A model generated the notes under the pieces. That model was not told the DNA's origin. It ran no database searches and worked only from the letters and a program-made list of their open reading frames with translations. Both the position numbers and the translations under genes were made by a program. From assembly GCA_964591795.1 (NCBI GenBank), contig CAZQEL010000016.1, positions 1 to 21,885 on the forward strand: 21,885 bases of DNA, in the 5' to 3' direction. This DNA comes from an uncultured archaeon (GTDB lineage Archaea; Iainarchaeota; Iainarchaeia; Iainarchaeales; CSSED10-239). Below, piece after piece: positions 15,339-21,885 of this stretch; within the stretch, counting starts at the first letter, position 1; each line of letters opens with the position of its first letter.

Positions 15339-16508
15339 ATGTACGAAGGAATAATTATTCATTACAATGAAATTGCAATAAAAGGACAAAATAGAATATT
15401 TTTTGAAAATAAATTAGTTGAAAATGTGCGTTTTGCAATTAAAAATAAATATAAGGTATCTAGAGAATATGGTTATATATTTATTTATTTTACTGAAATT
15501 AATATCACGGAAGTAAATGAGCTTATTAGTATTATTGAATGTGTGCCAGGCATTTCTTCTTTTTCTTTAGTAAAAACATCTAAACTTGATATTGATGAAA
15601 TTAAAAAAAATGCAGCATTAGTTTTGAATAAAAATACATTTAATACCTTTAAAGTCGCATCCAAAAGAAGTTATAAACAATTTGAATATAAGTCTCCAGA
15701 AATAAATGCACAAGTTGGAGCATATATAATTGATAATTTAAAAAAGCAAGTGGATGTTAAAAATCCAGATGTTATTTTATATATTGAAATTAATAAAAAA
15801 AACGTGTTCTTATTTATTAATAAAATAAAAGGGGTTGGGGGTCTTCCAGTTGGAGCGGGTACAAAAGTAGTCTGTTCTATGTCCGGAGGAATTGATAGTC
15901 CTGTAAGTGCTTATATGTTTATGAAAAGAGGGTGTCCGGTTACTTTTGTTCACATTTATAATAATACTTTAGTTAAAAATCAAATTAAAGATAAATTAAA
16001 AAAATTAGTAAAGATATTAAGTAAATTCCAATTAAAATCTAAATTGTATATGGTGCCATTTTCAGAGATACAATCTCAAATTATTGCTAATATTCGTTCT
16101 GATTATAGAATGATTATTTATAGAAGATATATGTTTAAAATAATTACTAAAATTGCAGAAATAGAACATGCAAAAGCCATAATTACAGGAGATAATATTG
16201 GTCAAGTAGCATCTCAAACTTTAGAGAATATAACTTCTATTTATGAAGCTACTTCGCTTCCAATTTTTTCTCCATTAATAGCTTTTGATAAAAATGAAAT
16301 AATTATAATTGCTAAAAAAATAGGTAATTTTGAAACTACTATAAATCCATATCATGATTGTTTTTCATATATGATTTCAAAACATCCTAAAACAAAAACT
16401 AACATTCAAGAAATTTTAGATATAGAAAAAGAAATGGGTTCTGTTGATAATTTAATTTCAAATGCAATTAATAAATCAGAAATTTTTAATTTTCAGAGTA
16501 ACAAATAA
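15339..16508 (+). CDS. thiI: tRNA 4-thiouridine(8) synthase ThiI (THUMP + PP-loop ATPase, no rhodanese domain).
   Basis: N-terminal ferredoxin-like/THUMP region (IIIHYNEIAIKGQNR), PP-loop SMSGGIDSPVSAYMFMKRG and ITGDNIGQVASQTLENI. Length 389 aa. Confidence 0.9.
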   Translation: MYEGIIIHYNEIAIKGQNRIFFENKLVENVRFAIKNKYKVSREYGYIFIYFTEINITEVNELISIIECVPGISSFSLVKTSKLDIDEIKKNAALVLNKNTFNTFKVASKRSYKQFEYKSPEINAQVGAYIIDNLKKQVDVKNPDVILYIEINKKNVFLFINKIKGVGGLPVGAGTKVVCSMSGGIDSPVSAYMFMKRGCPVTFVHIYNNTLVKNQIKDKLKKLVKILSKFQLKSKLYMVPFSEIQSQIIANIRSDYRMIIYRRYMFKIITKIAEIEHAKAIITGDNIGQVASQTLENITSIYEATSLPIFSPLIAFDKNEIIIIAKKIGNFETTINPYHDCFSYMISKHPKTKTNIQEILDIEKEMGSVDNLISNAINKSEIFNFQSNK

Positions 16509-17298
16509 TTCCATCATAATTATTTGTACTCATTGATTTGTTATTTTTAAAATTAAAAGTTTTTTTTACATCAGTTGCAATTATTATTCCATCCATTCTG
16601 TTTGTTATAAACGAACTTGTTTTTGCAGGATCATTAATAATACAATTTTCAATCAAACCAATTAATGATTTTTTAGTCATTTCTATTAATTGATTAGTAC
16701 TTTGTCCTTCTTTTGGATATGTAGCTCTGTTTTCATTAATTAAGTTATTTATTTCATTTATAATTATAGGTTTATTTGCTTTTGTTAATTCTAAATTATT
16801 TAAGTCACTTGAATTTACATCCATTGATTGAAATGCTTTTAATAACATATATTGAGAATAAACTTTATTAATATTATTTTTATTATTTATAAATTCAATT
16901 ATTTGATCAGGATCATATGAAATATTAACATCAATAGTTTTTATTTCTAACAAGCATTTATTCTCATCATTAAATCCTTTTATTGTATAGTTATAATCAG
17001 TACTTGTTAAGCTTAAAAATAAATTTGTGTTTTCTATGGTTTCAGAATAATTTGAATTTTCACAATTTAATGCTGCTTTTAAAAAACATTCTTTTTTGGT
17101 TTTACAAATATTGTTTGAATTTTCTTTTATAATATTATTATAAGTATATACAAAACCAATTACACAAATAATCACAAAAAAAACAAGCATGATAGTTAAA
17201 ATTATTGCTTTTTTATTTCTATTATATGGTTTTGGTTTTATATAATTTGAATTATTATTATCTTTTTTTGGTATTATATATTTTAAATCATTATTCAT
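16486..17298 (-). CDS. Hypothetical type-II membrane protein, Asn-rich, with an extracytoplasmic Cys cluster.
   Basis: 270-aa ORF. Basic N-terminus, one TM (AIILTIMLVFFVIICVIGFVY), then ICKTKKECFLKAALNCENS and further Cys residues. The 3' end overlaps thiI by 23 nt (convergent). Confidence 0.6.
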   Translation of the reverse strand: MNNDLKYIIPKKDNNNSNYIKPKPYNRNKKAIILTIMLVFFVIICVIGFVYTYNNIIKENSNNICKTKKECFLKAALNCENSNYSETIENTNLFLSLTSTDYNYTIKGFNDENKCLLEIKTIDVNISYDPDQIIEFINNKNNINKVYSQYMLLKAFQSMDVNSSDLNNLELTKANKPIIINEINNLINENRATYPKEGQSTNQLIEMTKKSLIGLIENCIINDPAKTSSFITNRMDGIIIATDVKKTFNFKNNKSMSTNNYDGIICYSEN

Positions 17299-17408
17299 AT
17301 TTATTCAGTATTTATTAATTATATTAAATAATATAGAAACTAATTGTTTTAAATAGATTCTTTTTAAAATAATAAGTTATAAAAAACCATTTTAGTATAA
17401 TATTTATT

Positions 17409-18623
17409 ATGAGTGATAATATTTTTTCAGAATATTTAAATAAAGATTCTGTATTTATAAATAAAAATAAAATATCACCTCATTATGTTCCAGATAAATT
17501 ACCTTTTAGGGATGCACAAATAAGAGAAATTTCTTTATGGCTGTCTCCTGTTTTAAAAAAAGAAAAACCTCACAATATATTTATTTATGGTAAAGTTGGA
17601 ACTGGTAAAACTTGTGTTGTTCGTCATGTTGTAGAACAACTTGATAATATTTCAAAAGAAAATAAATTATTTTTAAATACTACTTATCTTAATTGTAGAA
17701 ATTACCAAACAAAGCATGCAATTTTATTTTATTGTGTTCAATTGTTTTTTCCAGAAAAAAACTTTGTAGGGTACTCAAAATCCTTTATTTATGATAAATT
17801 TTTAACATTTATTAGAGATAATCATTTAAATTTTGTAGTTGTTTTAGATGAGATTGATAAAATTAAAGATAGAGAAATTGATGATCTTATATATGCTTTG
17901 TCTAGAAGTAATGATGAGTTAGGTGTTGGGTCAAGTGTTTCAATGATTGGTATTTCAAATAACTTATTTTTTATGAATCGATTAGATCCTAGGACTAAAA
18001 GTTCTTTATGTGAACAAGAAGCGGTTTATCCTCCATATAATGCAGAGGAACTCAAAGAAATACTTAAACAAAGAGTATTTGTTGCATTTAAAGAAGGGGC
18101 AGTTAATGATTCTGCAGTTAATGCTGCTGCTGCGATGGCAGCTAAAGAATCTGGAGATGCAAGAACTGCTTTAATGCTTTTATTAAAAGCCGGTGAAATT
18201 TCTGATATGAATAAAAGTGATTTAGTAACTGATAAAGAAGTTTTACAAGCAAAAGATAAGGTTGAACAAGAAATTATTAAAAGTATGGTTTTGACACTGC
18301 CTGTTCAATTACAATTAGTATTATTTGCAATTACAGAAAAATCAGATTTTCCAAAGGGTATTTTAAAAATTGATGGTTCATTTGAAGATAATGTTTTATA
18401 TTCTGGTGAAATATATGATGCATATTCTACTATTGCTCAAAAATATGGTGAAAAACCAGTTTCAATGCGTTGGTTTAGAGAATATATTAATGAACTTGAA
18501 ACATACGGTTTTATTTCAACAACTCAATCTGGTAAAGGAGTAAAAGGTAATACTACTTTAATTAAGTTAGGTGTTGATTCAAATAGTATTAAGGATCTTT
18601 TAAAAATAGAATTTAATGCTTAA
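17409..18623 (+). CDS. cdc6: Orc1/Cdc6 replication initiator (AAA+ plus winged helix).
   Basis: LPFRDAQIREIS, Walker A GKVGTGKT, Walker B VVVLDEID, sensor region GDARTALMLL, and a C-terminal winged-helix-like ELETYGFIS. Length 404 aa. Confidence 0.92.
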   Translation: MSDNIFSEYLNKDSVFINKNKISPHYVPDKLPFRDAQIREISLWLSPVLKKEKPHNIFIYGKVGTGKTCVVRHVVEQLDNISKENKLFLNTTYLNCRNYQTKHAILFYCVQLFFPEKNFVGYSKSFIYDKFLTFIRDNHLNFVVVLDEIDKIKDREIDDLIYALSRSNDELGVGSSVSMIGISNNLFFMNRLDPRTKSSLCEQEAVYPPYNAEELKEILKQRVFVAFKEGAVNDSAVNAAAAMAAKESGDARTALMLLLKAGEISDMNKSDLVTDKEVLQAKDKVEQEIIKSMVLTLPVQLQLVLFAITEKSDFPKGILKIDGSFEDNVLYSGEIYDAYSTIAQKYGEKPVSMRWFREYINELETYGFISTTQSGKGVKGNTTLIKLGVDSNSIKDLLKIEFNA

Positions 18624-18624
18624 A

Positions 18625-18993
18625 TTATTTTATGTGTTTTTTCCATAAGGGAGTTTTTGATTTCTTTTTTACTTTATTTCTTTTTATTTTAGCATCTGTT
18701 ATTTTCATTAAATAAGTTTGTGTTTCGTGTATTAATTTCATATCTACTTTTTCAAAGTTAATGTGTGCTGATTTTATACCTGCATGTAAAAATGCTTCTA
18801 AATAGGTATTTATTATTCTTAAATATTCTTGATTAGATATTCCGGGTGATTTATATCTTTGTGGTAATATGCCTATAGGCTCTGCTTTAATGCTTTTTGC
18901 AATTGAAACTAGATTTTCTACAATTCTATGTTTCCAGTTTCCTAATATGTCATTGATACTTTTGAGATTTTGTTTACTTGTTCCTTTTTTACC
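18625..18993 (-). pseudogene. Start-less in-frame continuation of the 18994-19455 ORF (122 codons plus stop).
   Basis: Directly after the TAA, the same frame reads GKKGTSKQNLKSINDILGNWKHRIVENLVSIAKSIKAEPIGILPQRYKSPGISNQEYLRIINTYLEAFLHAGIKSAHINFEKVDMKLIHETQTYLMKITDAKIKRNKVKKKSKTPLWKKHIK. It ends at TAA (18627-18625). There is no ATG, GTG or TTG in the first ~80 codons. An open frame this long is very unlikely by chance in DNA this AT-rich. Confidence 0.5.
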
Positions 18994-19455
18994 TTAAACT
19001 AGATTTATTAATAATTTTCTATTACTTGTGTTATTTAAAATTATAAAATTAAATGTTCCAACTTCTTTATTTTTTACAAAAATATTTATTTGAAATGGTG
19101 CCTCTGGATGAAAATCTCCTGTTCCATATATTGATGTTAGTGCTGTGGAGGCATATTTGAATGTAATGTTATTACCTAAATTTATTTTTTCAATTTTTGC
19201 CATAAATTTATTTTTAAATTTAAGATTATAATCTACTATTTTGAATAAATCTTTATCAGAATAATAACTTTTACTTGGTAGGTTGTTTAATGTCATTAAT
19301 ACTGTATTTATGTTCTCAGCAGTTTTATATTTTTCAATTAGTTTTTGTTTAAAAATTGGTTCATGGTTTACAGTATACATTGTATGATTTGCAATTGTGT
19401 TATTGAATTTATTAAAAATAAATTGTATTTTTTTTTCTTCATTTAAACTAATCAT
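18994..19455 (-). CDS. Hypothetical protein, apparently the N-terminal part of a gene interrupted by an in-frame TAA.
   Basis: 153-aa ORF whose ATG lies 3 nt after the signal peptidase stop. It ends ...KLLINLV at TAA (18996-18994). The same frame stays open beyond that stop. Confidence 0.6.
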   Translation of the reverse strand: MISLNEEKKIQFIFNKFNNTIANHTMYTVNHEPIFKQKLIEKYKTAENINTVLMTLNNLPSKSYYSDKDLFKIVDYNLKFKNKFMAKIEKINLGNNITFKYASTALTSIYGTGDFHPEAPFQINIFVKNKEVGTFNFIILNNTSNRKLLINLV

Positions 19456-19458
19456 AAA

Positions 19459-20166
19459 TTATCCCCTAAATAAAAACAATTTAAGATATCCAACATATGG
19501 TATTTTTGCTATTTTCTTACCTAATAAATCTTTTATATTCACAGGATATACATTCAAACATCCATTTATAATATAATCTTTTTGTATTGTACAGTCTTCG
19601 TCAATAATGTAGTTTGTTTTTCCATTATCTCCTTTTGTTAAAACAAATGAACCATCATTTGCATTAATAATTACTACTATTCTATGAATTATTTCTCTTC
19701 CAGAAAGATTTGATTTATAGACTACTACTGAGTTGTTATTTTCAATTATTTTTGTAATATCTATTATTTTATTGTCTATGGTTATTTTAGATACTTCTGA
19801 AACATTATATTTATTTTTTGTGTATTCCATAGTTGCAAATTCAGATAAATTTAATTTACTAATATTTTTATCTAAAGTTATTATTTCTGCATTTAAATTT
19901 TTTGCAGATTTAATAATCATAATGTCACCTCTATAAAAAGAAGGTTCCATAGATCCAGAAACCACAGTTGCAAGTGGAAGTGCAGTTCCTAAGCATAGAC
20001 TTAATATTTGATATATTATAAATGCTAAAAAAAGAGAATATAAAAGATAGGCAATCCAATTGATTATCTTAATTTTTGTTTTATCTGGTTTTCCAAAAAC
20101 TTTTAAAAGAAACTTATCTAAATAAGTATAAGGATCTAGATATTCTAGTTTCTTTTTAAATTTCAT
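19459..20166 (-). CDS. Signal peptidase I, archaeal/eukaryotic Sec11 type.
   Basis: N-terminal TM, Ser box VVSGSMEPSFYRGD, His box IIHRIV and TKGDNGKTNYIIDED (GDNN..D-type box E). Length 235 aa. Confidence 0.8.
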   Translation of the reverse strand: MKFKKKLEYLDPYTYLDKFLLKVFGKPDKTKIKIINWIAYLLYSLFLAFIIYQILSLCLGTALPLATVVSGSMEPSFYRGDIMIIKSAKNLNAEIITLDKNISKLNLSEFATMEYTKNKYNVSEVSKITIDNKIIDITKIIENNNSVVVYKSNLSGREIIHRIVVIINANDGSFVLTKGDNGKTNYIIDEDCTIQKDYIINGCLNVYPVNIKDLLGKKIAKIPYVGYLKLFLFRG

Positions 20167-20177
20167 TTTTAAAAACC

Positions 20178-20459
20178 TTATGCGTCTTGTGTAACTTTTT
20201 CTAAGTTGTTTACAATTGCAAGAAAATTTTCTTCAGCTTCTGAAATACATTCTAATAAAACATCTTTTGCTGCTTTATCTTTTGTTCTAATATAGAATGA
20301 AAATTCATTTACTAAGTGATCTGATTTTTTTAATGCTATAAACTCAACATCTCTCTTAGAACTAGCTATATTTTCTATAAGATAGAAAAAAGAAGTATCT
20401 TCTTCTTTTATTTTTATTTCAATTTCGTTTTTTTCTTTTTTAGTTATTTCAAGGTCCAT
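20178..20459 (-). CDS. rpoL: DNA-directed RNA polymerase subunit L (Rpo11).
   Basis: 93 aa. IEIKIKEEDTSFFYLIENIASSKRDVEFIALKKSDHLVNEFSFYIRTKDKAAKDVLLECI matches the RpoL/Rpb11 pattern (i.i.gEdHTl.NlL...L.....V.fa.Y...HPl.....l.i.T). It is adjacent to csl4, as in many archaea. Confidence 0.72.
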   Translation of the reverse strand: MDLEITKKEKNEIEIKIKEEDTSFFYLIENIASSKRDVEFIALKKSDHLVNEFSFYIRTKDKAAKDVLLECISEAEENFLAIVNNLEKVTQDA

Positions 20460-20465
20460 ATTATT

Positions 20466-20894
20466 TCACACTTTAGCTATTTTTTTTAAATTAATTGTAT
20501 TACATTTTAAACATTTAATATTGGTTGAATTTAATATTAATGGAGTTTTGCATTTTGAACAATTTGATTGTAAAACCCCAAGTTCTTCTTCATTAATTGC
20601 AAATTTAAATCCAAATTTATCAACTTCAACTATTTTTGCTTTAACTATATCTCCAATTCTTACAACATCACCCATTTTTTCAACATAATCATCAGATGCA
20701 TTTCTAATAAAAATTACTCCACTTGAAGATGGTGTTAATATATGTTGTTTTTTAGTTGCTTCTAGACTAAGTATTGCAATTTTATCTGTTGTTTGTACAA
20801 TTACACCAGTAACAACATCTCCTTCTTCTAGAGCTCTTTGCTTTGGGATTTTATCTAATATTTTTTTTATATCAACATTTTTTTTAGAATTCAA
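20466..20894 (-). CDS. csl4: Exosome complex RNA-binding subunit Csl4 (S1 domain plus C-terminal zinc ribbon).
   Basis: EGDVVTGVIV, GVIFIRNASDDYVEKMGDVVRIGDIVKAKIVEV, ELGVLQSNCSKCKTPL and IKCLKCN (CxxC...CxxC). The start is an apparent TTG at 20894; no in-frame ATG is nearby. Confidence 0.78.
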   Translation of the reverse strand: MNSKKNVDIKKILDKIPKQRALEEGDVVTGVIVQTTDKIAILSLEATKKQHILTPSSSGVIFIRNASDDYVEKMGDVVRIGDIVKAKIVEVDKFGFKFAINEEELGVLQSNCSKCKTPLILNSTNIKCLKCNTINLKKIAKV

Positions 20895-20990
20895 AATATA
20901 TCACTCATTGTTTTTTTTACTAAAATTAGTATTATAATATATACTATATAATTAGAAATATTTTTATACTGTTTCCTTATTCATTTTTGT

Positions 20991-21845
20991 ATGGTACTTG
21001 AGTTTATTGTGAATAGTTTTAAATTAAGGCAAAAACCTTATCTTATGTTTTTTGAAGCTATTTTATTAACAGTTGTTGCCATTTTTTTCGCAAATTTGAT
21101 ATTTTCTGGTAATTATACTAGTATTGCTCTGTTGGCTTTTTTAACTATTGGGGCTGTGCCCTTATTTAATAAACTTTATTCATATGATTCGTATATTACA
21201 AATTATACTGCTTCATTTTTTGCAAGACATAAAAAAATATTTGCTCTTTTATTTTTCTTTTTTTTAGGAATTTTATTTACTTTAATTACTGTTCATTTTG
21301 TACTTAATGAAAACACATCTGATAATTTATTTTCTGCACAGTATGATGAATTATCCAGGGTTGAAAATATTAATAATTCAATCACAGGTAATTTTACTTT
21401 AAATGATGTTAAAACTTCTAAATTTAAAGAAATATTTATGCTTATTTTTAAAAATAATCTTTTGGTTGTTTTTTCTGCAATTGTTTTGTCTTTTTTTTAT
21501 GGTGCCGGAGGTTTATTTTTAATTGCTTGGAATGCTTCTCTTTTAGCTGTAATAATTATAAATTATATTTCTACGGTTGTATGTGAAACTGGGTTTGTTG
21601 CGTCGCTTGCAATTGCAAAACATGGATTAATTGGTTTTTTAGGTTTTATTCCTCATGGTTTTTTTGAAGTATTAGCTTATTTTATTGCAAGTGTTATTGG
21701 TGCTGTTTTTGCAAGAGATTTATTCAAGGGTATTTTTTCAACTCCTTTTAAGTGGCATGCAAGTAGAGATTTATTATATTGGTTTTTATTAACTTTACTT
21801 TGTTTGTTAATTGGTGCTTTAATTGAAACAACTTATTTTTTCTAA
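20991..21845 (+). CDS. SpoIIM/DUF95-family integral membrane protein.
   Basis: Polytopic membrane protein with FKNNLLVVFSAIVLSFFYGAGGLFLIAWNASLLAV and GFIPHGFFEVLAYFIAS (PHGifE motif). Confidence 0.7.
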   Translation: MVLEFIVNSFKLRQKPYLMFFEAILLTVVAIFFANLIFSGNYTSIALLAFLTIGAVPLFNKLYSYDSYITNYTASFFARHKKIFALLFFFFLGILFTLITVHFVLNENTSDNLFSAQYDELSRVENINNSITGNFTLNDVKTSKFKEIFMLIFKNNLLVVFSAIVLSFFYGAGGLFLIAWNASLLAVIIINYISTVVCETGFVASLAIAKHGLIGFLGFIPHGFFEVLAYFIASVIGAVFARDLFKGIFSTPFKWHASRDLLYWFLLTLLCLLIGALIETTYFF

Positions 21846-21885
21846 ATTTTAAATACCTTTATAAATATAACCTATCTTATTATAT

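Noticed and set aside
18931-18942. TTTCCAGTTTCC, loosely reminiscent of the archaeal mini-ORB core (TTCCAGTGGAAAC), near cdc6.
   Set aside because: It is a single copy inside a coding frame. It lacks the dyad half and G-string, and similar TTTCCAGT strings occur elsewhere in coding sequence (for example around 14225 and 14272).
4269-18996. Stop-codon reassignment or programmed readthrough as an explanation for the in-frame TAA/TAG codons (4269, 4344, 18994).
   Set aside because: TAA and TGA both terminate well-supported, full-length conserved genes in this window (for example TGA for rps3ae, valS and csl4; TAA for cdc6, thiI and dus). The only TAG seen lies in a fragment that also lacks a start. 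Decay or sequencing error is the simpler explanation.
19733-19936. 67-aa plus-strand ORF.
   Set aside because: It is antisense to the signal peptidase gene.

Overview
Very AT-rich (by eye about 25-30% GC), gene-dense archaeal chromosome segment. Archaeal identity rests on ribosomal proteins eS1/S3Ae and uS15, Orc1/Cdc6, NAC, Bud32, RNA polymerase subunit L, exosome Csl4 and a Sec11-type signal peptidase. The compact layout, low GC and many membrane-anchored orphan proteins suggest a small-genome (DPANN-like) archaeon, but that is inference. Most of the window is ordinary housekeeping: valS, thiI, dus, sepF, bud32, nac, cdc6, rpoL, csl4 and two ribosomal protein genes. I found no tRNA, rRNA, CRISPR array, transposase or integrase. 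The unusual content is at the left end. (1) A 5'-truncated giant repeat surface protein (nt 1-3462) is built from bacterial-type adhesin modules and contains a recent ~750-nt three-domain duplication. (2) A gene-decay zone (3463-4704) holds an ORF whose ATG is 1 nt out of frame and a DUF1566/Lcl-C-like domain remnant with two in-frame stops. (3) A minimal 142-aa exosortase/archaeosortase-family protein sits beside a DUF92 membrane protein at the tail of the S15-S3Ae operon. Elsewhere, sepF is co-operonic with an uncharacterised tail-anchored protein. A gene downstream of the signal peptidase is split by one in-frame TAA. All three stop codons terminate well-supported genes here, so I read the in-frame stops as decay or sequencing error, not recoding. 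No complete, clearly novel multi-gene system can be demonstrated from sequence alone; the archaeosortase/DUF92 pair and the giant adhesin are the best leads.
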